Source of the DNA: Chloroflexota bacterium
GTDB lineage: Bacteria; Chloroflexota; Dehalococcoidia; Dehalococcoidales; UBA2162
Direction of reading: 5' to 3'
Assembly: GCA_016190895.1 (NCBI GenBank)
Contig: JACPPR010000028.1
Location: forward strand, 1 to 62,498
DNA length: 62,498 nt
Within the stretch, counting starts at the first letter, position 1; each line of letters begins with the position of its first letter. Of this stretch, positions 29,630 to 40,044 are shown one piece after another. The notes beneath the pieces are model-generated. The model searched no databases. It was not told where the DNA came from and saw nothing but the letters and a program-made list of their open reading frames with translations. Made by a program: the position numbers and the translations under genes.

Positions 29630-29731
29630 TAGAGGTAGATGCTGGAGTCTGGTTCTACTTCAGCTTCTATCCTTTGGGGGAAGTAGTCTGGATACCGACT
29701 TTCGTCGGTATGGATAACATTTGCTACGGAC

Positions 29732-32173
29732 CTACTTCCCCTCTTTTTTCTCTTCGGCGTAGAAGCCTCTTAGCTTCTCTGCCATATCTTTAAGCTGCTT
29801 ATCGACCAGGTAATTAACGGTGTCTCTGGGGAAGGCGCCGTCTTTCCGCCTCTCGCCCGCCGGGATGCCGGTCAGTATTTCCATACCCTCATCGATAGTC
29901 TTAGCTGAATAGATATGGAATTTACCCTCACGTACAGAATCAACAACTTCCTCCTTCAGCATCAGATTCCTCAGGTTTTGTTCGGGGACGAGCACGCCCT
30001 GGTCGCCGGTTAAGCCCTTCGCCTGGCAGACCTTGAAGAATCCTTCTATTTTCTGGTTGACCCCACCAATCGCCTGAAGCTCCCCCTGTTGATTCACCGA
30101 GCCGGTAACGGCGATATTCTGCTTGAGGGGTATGCCGGAGAGACTGGACAGGATGGCATATAGCTCGGTAGACGAGGCGCTATCGCCCTCGACGCCCTCG
30201 TAAGATTGCTCGAAACAGAGGCTGGCCGAGAGGGAAAGCGGCTTGTCCTGGGCATACTTCCAACCGAGATAGCCGCTCAGAATCATCACCCCTTTATTGT
30301 GAATCGGGCCGCTGAGCTGCGATTCCCGCTCGATATTGATGACGCCGCCCCGCCCCAGGAAGGTGCGGGCTGTAATCCGCGACGGCTTACCGAAGGTGAT
30401 ATCGCCAAGAGTGTAGACGCTCAAGCCATTGAGCTGGCCGGCCACGGCGCCTTCGGTATCTATCATAATGGTGCCGCGCTTAATCATATCCCGAATTCTT
30501 TCATCGATGAGGTTATGCCGGAACAATTTCTCATCGAGGGCCTTCTGCACATGGCGGGCAGAAATATGCTTGGACTTATCCCGGTCAGCCCAGTAGTTAG
30601 ATTCCTCAATCCAGTCTTTTATCTGGGCGAATCTTGTTGACAGGCGCTCCTGGTCGGCTACCAGCCGGGCGGAATACTCAACAACTTTGGCCACGCCGCT
30701 GGGGTCGAAGTGCCTTGCCTTGCACTCTTCACAGCACCCTTTGAGAAAGGCGGCGTAAGCCAACATGTTATCTTCAGTCCTCTCGATATCGAAGGCGAAA
30801 TCCGCCTTAATCTTAAAAATTTCCCAGAAGTCTTCGTCATACTGGCATAATAGCTCATAGAGCATAACGTCACCGGTAAGAATAACTTTGACAGTGATAG
30901 GCATCGGTTCGGGCCTCAACCCCTGCGGGGCGATAAGGCCGAATTGCTCGAAAGGGTCTTCGATGCGGTTTTCCCTATTTTTGATAGCCCGCTTGAGGGC
31001 CGGCCAGACGCCGGGATTGGTGATTACCTCATTAGCGCCGACCAGCAGATAGCCGCCATTGGCCCGGCTGAGAGAGCCGGATTTCAACATGGTATGGTCG
31101 CTCAGGTAGCCGCCCAAGAGAAAGCGCCGCTCTATTTTGCCGAACAGATTGCCGAAATTAGGATTACTTTCGATGATGACGGGCGGACCCTTGGCTTCAC
31201 TGTTGTCCACGAAGACGTTTACCTGGAAGGGGAGAAAAGGGTCTCTACCCTGGATAACCTGGCTGACCGGAACGCCCAATATCGGATTGACCGGCTCCGG
31301 AGCGCCTTTGAAAAGCTCCAGATTATCCAGAATATAGGCCTTCAATCCGGTGAGATACTCCACAATCTTGGGGTGTTGGGAATATTGTTCGAACAGGGAG
31401 CTGAAAACGCCGGAGACGACGTATTCGCCGATGTCTTTATCCAGCTTTTGCAGGCGCTCGATTAACCTCATCTGGAGGCTACTAATAGCCTCGAAGCTCG
31501 ACTGCATTTTCCTGCGCAGTTCAACCTGTTTGGCTTCCAGCTGCTTTCTAACAGCTTCCTCAAGGGCCAGGTATTCCTGCTCCTGCATCGGGCGGTCTTC
31601 CACCATGGGAACCAGGACAGGCCCGACCGGGGTCGTCTGGAGCGAGAATCCTTGCCGGCGGGCTTCAACGGACAATTCTTCAAACAATCTGTGCTGTTCG
31701 GACTGACCTTCTTCTATCGCTTTTTGCTTCTGGCTCCGATACTCTTCACTGGAAAAGGCTCGTCCCAACCCCTGACGTATCTTATCAAGCAGGCTGGTCA
31801 TCTCATCACGAAAGGCTTTGCCTTTCCCCTGAGGCAAGGCGGCGACACACGGAGTATCCGAGGTCTTGAAATTATGCAGATAGCACCAATCATTAAGAGG
31901 CGTTATTTCACCCCTGGCTTCTCTTTCCCTGATAAGTTTTTCAATGTAGATTTTCACCATGGAGGTTTTGCCGGTGCCGGTCAGACCAGCCACATAGATG
32001 TTGTAGCCGACATCGGGCATATTCAGGCCGAACTGTACGGCGCGGGTCGCCCTTTCCTGCCCGATAAACTCACGCAGCGGCGCCAGGTCTTTGGTACATT
32101 CGAATTTGAATATACTTGGGTCACACTTCCAGCACAGCTTGTCAGCCGGGACTTCATATTCCTGAAGTTCCAT
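29732..32173 (-). CDS. LonC/archaeal-LonB-like protease (AAA_32 plus Lon_C)
   Basis: FIGQERA, GLTGTGKT, RANGGYL, FEQSY..VEGDSAS (catalytic Ser) and IGGVNQKIEGFF. Confidence 0.9.
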   Translation of the reverse strand: MELQEYEVPADKLCWKCDPSIFKFECTKDLAPLREFIGQERATRAVQFGLNMPDVGYNIYVAGLTGTGKTSMVKIYIEKLIREREARGEITPLNDWCYLHNFKTSDTPCVAALPQGKGKAFRDEMTSLLDKIRQGLGRAFSSEEYRSQKQKAIEEGQSEQHRLFEELSVEARRQGFSLQTTPVGPVLVPMVEDRPMQEQEYLALEEAVRKQLEAKQVELRRKMQSSFEAISSLQMRLIERLQKLDKDIGEYVVSGVFSSLFEQYSQHPKIVEYLTGLKAYILDNLELFKGAPEPVNPILGVPVSQVIQGRDPFLPFQVNVFVDNSEAKGPPVIIESNPNFGNLFGKIERRFLLGGYLSDHTMLKSGSLSRANGGYLLVGANEVITNPGVWPALKRAIKNRENRIEDPFEQFGLIAPQGLRPEPMPITVKVILTGDVMLYELLCQYDEDFWEIFKIKADFAFDIERTEDNMLAYAAFLKGCCEECKARHFDPSGVAKVVEYSARLVADQERLSTRFAQIKDWIEESNYWADRDKSKHISARHVQKALDEKLFRHNLIDERIRDMIKRGTIMIDTEGAVAGQLNGLSVYTLGDITFGKPSRITARTFLGRGGVINIERESQLSGPIHNKGVMILSGYLGWKYAQDKPLSLSASLCFEQSYEGVEGDSASSTELYAILSSLSGIPLKQNIAVTGSVNQQGELQAIGGVNQKIEGFFKVCQAKGLTGDQGVLVPEQNLRNLMLKEEVVDSVREGKFHIYSAKTIDEGMEILTGIPAGERRKDGAFPRDTVNYLVDKQLKDMAEKLRGFYAEEKKEGK

Positions 32174-32287
32174 TGTCCCTCCTCATAGTTAATTGCGAGA
32201 GCCATCTGATTCTACTCTCTTTAACACTGCTCTATCAATACCAATCGGGATTTGTTCTTCGCTATTATCTTTTGATTTATTTTTTAT

Positions 32288-32316
32288 TTGACTTCTCTTT
32301 TATCATAATATATACT
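32288..32316 (+). promoter_or_regulatory. sigma70 promoter TTGACT-17-TATACT for the Wood-Ljungdahl cluster
   Basis: Near-consensus hexamers, 17-bp spacer, AT-rich upstream region. Confidence 0.7.
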
Positions 32317-32411
32317 AACTAGGGTAAAGCGCGGGTCACCCGAATCTATAAGGCTGAGAGCTTTCCCTGGGAAGTCTCAGCTTTAATTATGTAGGTCAGA
32401 TTAGAGAATAG

Positions 32412-33212
32412 ATGAAGATTGCCATCAGTGGTAAGGGAGGCGTAGGCAAGACCTTACTATCATCTCTTCTTGCCAGGATATTCGCCGAATCAGGCTATTC
32501 CGTCATTGCTATCGATGCCGACCCGGATGCGAACCTGGCCGCCACCCTCGGTTTCCCCAATGCCGACAAGATTACACCTATCTCCGAAATGGACGAGCTT
32601 ATCGAAGAAAGAACCGGCGCCAAGCCGGGACAATCTGCCCCTTTCTATACACTAAATCCCAAAGTAGATGATATCCCAGAAAGATTTGCCCATAAACTAA
32701 ACGGTATCAGATTAATGAGAATGGGCAGAATCAAGAAGGGCGGCACCGGCTGTTATTGTCCTGAAGGCGCTTTACTCCAGGCCCTGATGGCTCACTTGCT
32801 GGTAGCCAGAAACGAAGTGATTATTCTCGATATGGAGGCTGGCATCGAGCACCTGGGGCGGGGCACCGCCGCCGCCGTTGACAAGCTAATCGTGGTAGTA
32901 GAACCGGGCAGGCGAAGCATTGAAACCGCCGTCAGCATCAAGAAACTTGCCGCTGAAATCGGCTTACGGGACATTGCAGTGGTCGGCAATAAGGTCAGGA
33001 ACCAATCAGACAAAGACTTCATCAAGTCGAGTCTTCCTGATTTTGAATTCCTCGGTTTCATTCCTTATGACCAGGCAATAGTCGATGCCGACCTGGCCAA
33101 CCGGTCACCTCTGGAGGCTAGCCGGCCGGCAAAGGCGGCGGTAATGGAGATATATCAGGCCTTGTTAGCAGGCGCCGGTAAAGGCGCCGGTTCGAAGAAG
33201 CTAAAAGTATAA
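32412..33212 (+). CDS. cooC: CODH/ACS nickel-insertion ATPase CooC/AcsF
   Basis: GKGGVGKT, DADP, GCYCP and DMEAGIEHLGRG. Confidence 0.93.
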   Translation: MKIAISGKGGVGKTLLSSLLARIFAESGYSVIAIDADPDANLAATLGFPNADKITPISEMDELIEERTGAKPGQSAPFYTLNPKVDDIPERFAHKLNGIRLMRMGRIKKGGTGCYCPEGALLQALMAHLLVARNEVIILDMEAGIEHLGRGTAAAVDKLIVVVEPGRRSIETAVSIKKLAAEIGLRDIAVVGNKVRNQSDKDFIKSSLPDFEFLGFIPYDQAIVDADLANRSPLEASRPAKAAVMEIYQALLAGAGKGAGSKKLKV

Positions 33213-33295
33213 ATGGGAGCTAAAGAGGTACTAAGTTACCTCTTTTTAATGCGCCGGTAAGCGCCGGTAGAAAAAGAAAAACAAAGGGAGGGTTT

Positions 33296-35071
33296 ATGCC
33301 ATACGACACGTCTAAAATGGCTGACTGGGAGATTGCCGAAGCAGCCGAAGAACACATGCCGACTCCGGACGAGTGGCGGGAAAAGCTGGGGCTGAAAAAG
33401 GACGAGATACTCGGCTACGGCAAGGTGTCCAAACTCGATTTCCTTAAGATTATCGACCGGCTCAAGAACAAGCCTGATGGCAAGTACATCGAAGTTACCG
33501 CCGTCACGCCGACCCCTCTGGGCGAGGGCAAGACAACCACCACCATGGGCATCATCGAGGGGCTAGGCCACGCAGGCTACAATGTGGGCGGCGCCATCCG
33601 GCAGCCCTCGGGCGGCCCCACCATGAACGTCAAGGGTACTGCTGCCGGCGGAGGCAACGCCCTTCTGATTCCCCATACCGAATTTTCTTTAGGCCTGACC
33701 GGTGATATCAATGACATCATGAATGCCCATAACCTGGCGATGGTGGCGCTGACGGCCAGAATGCAGCACGAGCGCAACTATAGCGACAAAACCCTTGAAA
33801 ACCTGAGCCATATGAAGCGCCTGGATGTGGACCCGCTGCGCGTGGAGATGGGCTGGATTATAGACTTCTGCGCCCAGAGTCTGCGCAACATCATTATCGG
33901 CATGGGCGGCCAGAAAACCGATGGCTTCCTGATGCAGTCCAAGTTCGGCATTGCCGTCAGCTCCGAGCTGATGGCAATGTTAGCCATTATCACAGACCTG
34001 GCCGACATGCGATCAAAAATGAATGACATTACCGTTGCTTATGATAAGAAGGGTAAGCCGATTACCACCGGCGACCTGGAAGTGGCCGGCGCCATGACCG
34101 CCTGGATGCGCAATACCATTAATCCCACCCTGTGCAGTACGGCTGAGCTCCAGCCCTGTCTGGTGCATGCCGGGCCGTTTGCCAACATCGCCGTCGGTCA
34201 GTCATCGATTATTGCCGACCGGCTGGGCTTGAAGATGTTCGATTATCACGTTACCGAAAGTGGCTTCGCTGCCGATATCGGCTTCGAGAAATTCTGGAAT
34301 GTTAAATGTCGCTACAGCGGTCTCAAGCCGAACGTATCGGTGCTGGTATCCACCGTTCGGTCGCTCAAGATGCATGGCGGAGGACCCAAAGTAACCCCAG
34401 GCGTGCCCTTACCTGACGCCTACAAAAAATCGGCTCCGGAACTGGTCGAGAAAGGCTGCGCCAATCTGGTGCACCACATCGGTATCATCAGGGCTGCCGG
34501 CATCAACCCGGTGGTCTGCATCAATAAGTTCCCCACCGATACTCAGGAAGAAGTTAACATAATTAAGAGAGCCGCCGAGGCGGCTGGAGCCCGTTGCGCC
34601 TTATCAGAACATTATGCCAAGGGCGGCGCCGGCGCCCAGGAACTGACCGCGGCCGTCGTGGATGCCTGCAAAGAGAAGAACAATTTCCAGTTCCTCTATC
34701 CCAAAGAGACGAAACTGAGACAGCGGGTGGAAAAGATTGCTAAGACCGTTTACGGAGCTAGCGGAGTAGCCTGGACGCCCGAAGCGGAAGCAAAAGCCAA
34801 AGCCTTCGAGGCCGACCCGAAGTATGATGATTACACCACCATGATGGTCAAGACCCATCTTTCGCTATCTCACGACCCGACTCTTAAGGGTGTGCCGAAG
34901 GGATGGACTCTGCCCATTCGCGATATCCTGATTTATTCCGGAGCCAAATTCCTCTGCCCGATGGCCGGGACAATCAGCCTGATGCCGGCCACCGGTTCCG
35001 ACCCGGCTTTCAAGAAAATCGACGTCGATGTCAAGACAGGCAAAGTCCACGGACTTCACGACGTAGCTTAA
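33296..35071 (+). CDS. fhs: formate-tetrahydrofolate ligase
   Basis: [36 protein letters not shown] and KTHLSLSHD. Confidence 0.96.
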   Translation: MPYDTSKMADWEIAEAAEEHMPTPDEWREKLGLKKDEILGYGKVSKLDFLKIIDRLKNKPDGKYIEVTAVTPTPLGEGKTTTTMGIIEGLGHAGYNVGGAIRQPSGGPTMNVKGTAAGGGNALLIPHTEFSLGLTGDINDIMNAHNLAMVALTARMQHERNYSDKTLENLSHMKRLDVDPLRVEMGWIIDFCAQSLRNIIIGMGGQKTDGFLMQSKFGIAVSSELMAMLAIITDLADMRSKMNDITVAYDKKGKPITTGDLEVAGAMTAWMRNTINPTLCSTAELQPCLVHAGPFANIAVGQSSIIADRLGLKMFDYHVTESGFAADIGFEKFWNVKCRYSGLKPNVSVLVSTVRSLKMHGGGPKVTPGVPLPDAYKKSAPELVEKGCANLVHHIGIIRAAGINPVVCINKFPTDTQEEVNIIKRAAEAAGARCALSEHYAKGGAGAQELTAAVVDACKEKNNFQFLYPKETKLRQRVEKIAKTVYGASGVAWTPEAEAKAKAFEADPKYDDYTTMMVKTHLSLSHDPTLKGVPKGWTLPIRDILIYSGAKFLCPMAGTISLMPATGSDPAFKKIDVDVKTGKVHGLHDVA

Positions 35072-35079
35072 TAAGACCG

Positions 35080-35113
35080 GATGACCCGCAGGATTGAGGT
35101 CTTGCGGGTCATC
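35080..35113 (+). terminator. stem-loop after fhs
   Basis: GATGACCCGCAGGA...TCTTGCGGGTCATC; weak U tract. Confidence 0.45.
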
Positions 35114-35162
35114 TTGCTGCAACAAAATAGGAGTCTTTCGCGAAACTAGAAAATTTAACTCC

Positions 35163-35241
35163 AAATCCCTCTTAATCTCCCTTTACGAAAGGGAGATACC
35201 TGGTTCTTCCCCCTTTAGCAAAGGGGGATTAAGGGGAATTT
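35163..35241. repeat. family A repeat pair, enclosed by an imperfect 15-bp inverted repeat (about 35132-35261)
   Basis: AGTCTTTCGCGAAAC ... GTTTCACGGAAGGCT. Confidence 0.8.
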
Positions 35242-35321
35242 GGAACGTTTCACGGAAGGCTTAAATAGAGAGAAAGTTGTTCTAATCCTCTTAAGAGACG
35301 TATAATAATATAGGGGTTTAA

Positions 35322-37316
35322 ATGCCTAGAAACACGTCTGGCAGGACAGGTAAGAAAAAAAGAGTTTTATTCCAGCCCGCCAACATCGAGGTTCTCGTTG
35401 AGCCAGGGGCCAATCTCAGGGAAGTTGCTATGCTGGCAGGGGTAAGGCTAATTGCATCCTGTGGCGGCGCCGGCACCTGCGGCACCTGCAGGGTCGAGAT
35501 TAAAGAAGGCGAAGTCGAGACTACAAGGACAGCCAGGCTCACGGACGCAGAATTCGCGCGGGGAATGCGGCAAGCCTGCCAGAGCCGCGTACTCACCGAC
35601 CTGGTGGTCAACGTCCCGGTAGAATCCAGACTTGAGACAGCCGTTCTGGCGCGGGAGCAGAAGGGAAGGGCGGCGGCACAGAAAGGGGTAGAAGCCCTGG
35701 CCACCGGCTGGCGCTTCAACCCTCCGCTGGCTAAATATTATCTTGAATTACCGCCTGCCACCCTGACCGATAATACCAGCGACCTCTCCCGGTTGCTGCG
35801 GGGATTGAGGCAGGAATATAAACTGAGTCACATGACCGTAGATTTTGAAGTAGTTAAGAAATTGCCGACGTTGCTGCGCCAGAGTGATTGGAAGGTTACT
35901 GTCACCACTCTGGTAACGGCTATCGAACCCAAAGGCAACGCCAAACGCCGGCCGAGATTGGTAAACGTCGAGGGCGGCGATACCAGGGACAATCATTACG
36001 CAATCGCCCTGGATATCGGCACCACCGCCGTGAAAATGCAGTTGCTCGACCTGAAAAAGGGCAGGGTTGTCGCCGAAGGCAGCGATTACAACGGGCAAAT
36101 CGATTACGGCTCTGACGTGATTACCCGGATTGCTTATTGCCAGAAACCGGGGGGATTGGAGAAGCTGCAGCAGGTAGTAGTAGGGACTATCAACGAACTT
36201 ATCGACCGGCTACTGGAAGAGAGCCGCGTCAGCCGGGATGATATCGGTCACCTGATGACGGCCGGGAACACAACCATGCTCCAGATTTTGTTGGGGCTGG
36301 ACCCGAAATATATCAGGCTGGCACCCTACACTCCAGCCGCCACCTATGTTCCGCCGGTCAAGGCAAATTCCCTGGGTATCAACCTGGCAGAGCATGTTTA
36401 CCTGTTTGCCTCGCCGCTGGTAGCGAGCTATGTGGGAGGCGATATCGTCGCCGGCGCTGTCGCCGCCGGACTGCATCAGACAAAGAAAGTAACCCTGTAT
36501 ATAGATATCGGTACAAATGGAGAAATAGTCATCGGGAACTCAGATTGGATGGTCACCGCCGCCTGTTCGGCAGGGCCGGCCTTCGAAGGCGGAGAGATAA
36601 AGCACGGTATGCTCGCCTCCAGTGGAGCCATCGAGGGAGTCACCATCGACCCGGCAACCCTGGAACCGACAGTGAGCACCATCGGCGGAACAAAAGCGAA
36701 GGGAATCTGCGGCTCAGGCTTGATAAACACTGTCTCTCAGTTGCTGGAAACCGGCATTATCAATCAGAAGGGGGAGTTCAATTACGACCTGCCGACCAAA
36801 CGAATCAGGCAGAGTAACGATGTTTATGAGTACGTCCTGGCCCGGGCGCCGGAGACACAGATAAATAATGATATTGTTATTACGGCCATCGATATCGATA
36901 ACCTGATACGGGCTAAGGCGGCAATGTACGCGGGTTACCAGACGGTAATTAAAAGCGTGGGTATGACCATGAAGGATATCGAGCAGGTAATCATCGCCGG
37001 CGGTTTCGGCAGCTACATCGATGTGGCAAAGGCGATTACCATCGGTCTCCTGCCTGATATCCCCCGGGACAAATTCATTTTCATCGGTAACGGCTCGCTG
37101 ATGGGCGTCAGGCTAAGCTCCTACTCGACCGATATCATCGATGAAATGAGAAGAGTCGCTGATTTGATGACCAATCTGGAATTGAGCGAGAACGCTGATT
37201 TTATGAATAACTACATCGCAGCCTTGTTCTTGCCCCATACCGACAGTAATGCGTTTCCTTCGGTAATCAGACAGCTTGCCCGGACTCAGAAATCAGGGCG
37301 GAGGGTAGCGGCTTGA
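35322..37316 (+). CDS. acsV: corrinoid reductive activator (RACo/AcsV; 2Fe-2S plus ASKHA ATPase)
   Basis: CGGAGTCGTC...AC, DIGTT, GSDVITR, DIGTNGE, GPAFEG, GICGSG and AGGFG. Confidence 0.92.
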   Translation: MPRNTSGRTGKKKRVLFQPANIEVLVEPGANLREVAMLAGVRLIASCGGAGTCGTCRVEIKEGEVETTRTARLTDAEFARGMRQACQSRVLTDLVVNVPVESRLETAVLAREQKGRAAAQKGVEALATGWRFNPPLAKYYLELPPATLTDNTSDLSRLLRGLRQEYKLSHMTVDFEVVKKLPTLLRQSDWKVTVTTLVTAIEPKGNAKRRPRLVNVEGGDTRDNHYAIALDIGTTAVKMQLLDLKKGRVVAEGSDYNGQIDYGSDVITRIAYCQKPGGLEKLQQVVVGTINELIDRLLEESRVSRDDIGHLMTAGNTTMLQILLGLDPKYIRLAPYTPAATYVPPVKANSLGINLAEHVYLFASPLVASYVGGDIVAGAVAAGLHQTKKVTLYIDIGTNGEIVIGNSDWMVTAACSAGPAFEGGEIKHGMLASSGAIEGVTIDPATLEPTVSTIGGTKAKGICGSGLINTVSQLLETGIINQKGEFNYDLPTKRIRQSNDVYEYVLARAPETQINNDIVITAIDIDNLIRAKAAMYAGYQTVIKSVGMTMKDIEQVIIAGGFGSYIDVAKAITIGLLPDIPRDKFIFIGNGSLMGVRLSSYSTDIIDEMRRVADLMTNLELSENADFMNNYIAALFLPHTDSNAFPSVIRQLARTQKSGRRVAA

Positions 37317-38083
37317 GCTTTGCGATTGCTGTGGCGGGGAAGGGGGGTACCGGCAAGACATCTATAGCCAGTCTCATTATTCGTTACCTGAAGAAGAACG
37401 GCTCGGGGCCGATTCTAGCCATCGATGCGGATGCCAATGCCAACCTCGGTGACGGTCTGGGTCTTCAGGTAGGGGAGACCATCGGCTCGATAATCGCCTC
37501 GTTCAACCAGGAGAAGATTAAGATACCTGCGGGCATGACCAAAGAAGCCTACCTGGAAGTCAAAATGAATGAGGTGGTGGTGGAGAGTAAAGGGGTCGAC
37601 CTGATAACTATGGGGAGGGGCGAGGGCCCTGATTGCTACTGCTACCCTAATTCCGTTCTCAGAAAGGTCGCTGACGAGATGGCGGCCAATTATGCCTATG
37701 TGGTGATGGATAACGAGGCCGGGCTGGAACACCTTAGCCGTAGAACCACCCAGAATATCGACCTGCTGCTGATAATCTCCGACCATTCGGTGAAGGGTAT
37801 CCGGACGGTAGCCCGAATCAGGGACCTGGTGAAGGAACTCAAGCTGGTGGTGAAGAAGCAGGCGGTGATTATCAACTTTGCGCCTGCCGAATTAGCCCCG
37901 ATGGTCAAGGAAGAAATAGCGAGGCTGGGTATCGAATCGCCTTATCTCATCCCCAGGGATGAAGACATATATCAATTCGACCTGGAAGCCAGGCCGCTCC
38001 TTGAGCTACCTGATAGCTGCGTGGCGGTGAAGGCAATCGACAGTTTGATGGCCCAATTCCTGAAAGATAAAGCGAAAGTTTGA
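37313..38083 (+). CDS. cooC: second CooC/AcsF nickel-insertion ATPase
   Basis: GKGGTGKT, CYCYPN and DNEAGLEHLSRRT. Confidence 0.92.
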   Translation: MSFAIAVAGKGGTGKTSIASLIIRYLKKNGSGPILAIDADANANLGDGLGLQVGETIGSIIASFNQEKIKIPAGMTKEAYLEVKMNEVVVESKGVDLITMGRGEGPDCYCYPNSVLRKVADEMAANYAYVVMDNEAGLEHLSRRTTQNIDLLLIISDHSVKGIRTVARIRDLVKELKLVVKKQAVIINFAPAELAPMVKEEIARLGIESPYLIPRDEDIYQFDLEARPLLELPDSCVAVKAIDSLMAQFLKDKAKV

Positions 38084-38098
38084 AAAGGGGATAAAGAG

Positions 38099-38980
38099 AT
38101 GACAGCAGAAATAATCGATGGGAAAAAGATTGCGGCTGAAATCCAGGCGGAACTGAAACAGCGAATCGCCAACCTTCAGAAGAAGGGAGTGACTCCAAAA
38201 ATCGTGCCGGTTCTCGTTGGAGAGGACCCGGCGTCTTTATCCTATCTGCGCGGTATCACCAGGACTTGCGGCGAGGTCGGCGTAGCCACCGAGACTGCCA
38301 AGCTCCCCGCCGATGCCACCCAGCAGGACTTGCTAAAGAAGATAGACGAACTTAACAAAGACCATAACGTTCACGGCATTCTTTTGTTCCTGCCCTTGCC
38401 CAAGCACTTGAATGCGCTGGAGGCTGAGAGCGCTATCTCACCGGCTAAAGATGTGGATGGGACTAACCCGATAAGCGCCGGCAAGCTGTTACTGGGAGAG
38501 GAAACATTCTTCCCTTCGACTCCCTACGGAGTTAAGGAACTGCTCGTCCGCAGCGGCCACAGCCCGGAAGGCAAACACGTGGTCATCGTCGGCCGCAGCA
38601 ATATCGTCGGCAAACCTTTAATGGGAATACTGGTACAGAAAGACAAGGGCGCTAACGCCACGGTGACTGTCTGCCATACCGGAACCAAGGATACAGCCGC
38701 ATTCACGAGGCAGGCTGACATCCTGGTGGCGGCTGTCGGCAAGGCGAAGGCAATCACCGCCGATATGGTGAGAGAAGGCACGGTAGTAATCGATGTCGGC
38801 GTGAACTTCATACCCGACCCGGCCACCGGCAAGAACAAGCAGGTCGGTGACGTGGATTTTGAAGCTGTAAAGGAAAAGGCAGCGGCGATTACGCCCGTGC
38901 CCGGAGGAACCGGCGCCGTCACCTCGACGATGCTGATGGCCAACACAGTCAGGGCTGCGGAGGCGGCCGCCGGTACCTGA
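38099..38980 (+). CDS. folD: FolD paralogue 1 (dehydrogenase motifs intact; cyclohydrolase Lys and Gln substituted)
   Basis: KDVDG, GRSNIVGKP, IDVG and TPVPGG retained; YLRGI replaces YxxxK and LLFLPLP replaces xxQLPLP. Confidence 0.88.
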   Translation: MTAEIIDGKKIAAEIQAELKQRIANLQKKGVTPKIVPVLVGEDPASLSYLRGITRTCGEVGVATETAKLPADATQQDLLKKIDELNKDHNVHGILLFLPLPKHLNALEAESAISPAKDVDGTNPISAGKLLLGEETFFPSTPYGVKELLVRSGHSPEGKHVVIVGRSNIVGKPLMGILVQKDKGANATVTVCHTGTKDTAAFTRQADILVAAVGKAKAITADMVREGTVVIDVGVNFIPDPATGKNKQVGDVDFEAVKEKAAAITPVPGGTGAVTSTMLMANTVRAAEAAAGT

Positions 38981-39130
38981 TTGCAGAATTAGTTATACTT
39001 CTTTCCTCTCCCCTTGCGGGAGAGTCCCGACTCCGTGCGGGATCCCGTATGAAATCGGGAGATTAAGGTGAGGGGGACATGAATTCGACCCAGGTAACAG
39101 GAACGGTTACCACATAAAAAGGATGATGCT

Positions 39131-40015
39131 ATGACAGCGACGATTTTAGATGGTAGAAAAATATCAGCGGAGATAAGGCTCGAACTCAAGGGAGAGGCGG
39201 AACGCTTGAAAGCGCGAGGCGTTGTTCCCGGCCTGGCTGGCATACTTGTCGGCGAAGACCCTGGCTCGGCACAATACGTCGGCTATAAGAGCAAGGCTTG
39301 CGAGGAGACGGGCGTCAAAGAAATGATGCGTCATCTTCCGGAGAATGTCACTGAAAGAGAGTTGCTGGGCACTATAGACCAGCTAAACAAGGACCCCAAT
39401 GTCCACGCTATCTTCATCCAGCTTCCGTTGCCAAAGCACCTGAATGAAGAGAAAGCGTTGGCAGCAATCGTGCCGAAAAAAGATGTAGACGGTTTTCACG
39501 CTATGAACGTCGGCAAGGCATGGCTGGGCCAGTCCGCCTTCGTGCCGGCGGTTGCAATCGCTATGCATGCGATGCTCATCCGCGGCGGCTACGATATTAA
39601 AGATAAAGAAGTCGTAATCGTAAACGTAGATAACATGGTGGGTAAGCCGCTAGCGTCTATTCTCGTCCAGGACAAGGACAAGGCACGCGCCAATGTGACG
39701 CTGGTTTATCCAACGACGCCAAAACTAAGGGAGTATACGCGGCGGGCTGACGTGCTGGTTGTCTCGGTCAATAAACCAAAGTTCATCACCGCCGATATGG
39801 TCAAAGATGGCGTCATCGTTCTGGACTTCGGCTCGACCTATGTCGAAGACCCGGTAACGAAAAAGAGAAAGAACCTCGGGGATGTCGATTTCGAGGCAGT
39901 AAAAGAAAAAGCAGAAGCGATAACCCCCGTGCCGGGTGGGGTGGGGCCGATGCTGGTCACAATGCTAATGCTAAGTACCGTGCAAGCTGCCAAGCTAGCG
40001 GCCGGGATTGCTTAG
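39131..40015 (+). CDS. folD: FolD paralogue 2 (cyclohydrolase motifs intact; nucleotide-binding motif altered)
   Basis: YVGYK, IQLPLP, KDVDG and TPVPGGVGP retained; NVDNMVGKP replaces GRSxxVGKP and PAVA replaces PCTP. Confidence 0.85.
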   Translation: MTATILDGRKISAEIRLELKGEAERLKARGVVPGLAGILVGEDPGSAQYVGYKSKACEETGVKEMMRHLPENVTERELLGTIDQLNKDPNVHAIFIQLPLPKHLNEEKALAAIVPKKDVDGFHAMNVGKAWLGQSAFVPAVAIAMHAMLIRGGYDIKDKEVVIVNVDNMVGKPLASILVQDKDKARANVTLVYPTTPKLREYTRRADVLVVSVNKPKFITADMVKDGVIVLDFGSTYVEDPVTKKRKNLGDVDFEAVKEKAEAITPVPGGVGPMLVTMLMLSTVQAAKLAAGIA

Positions 40016-40044
40016 ACCTTTGATTATTAACAAGGAGGGAAGCC

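Noticed and set aside
33172-33268. Four GCGCCGGT copies in two tandem pairs around a hairpin between cooC and fhs
   Set aside because: The motif is short and GC-rich and two copies are coding (Gly-Ala-Gly), so operator function cannot be supported.
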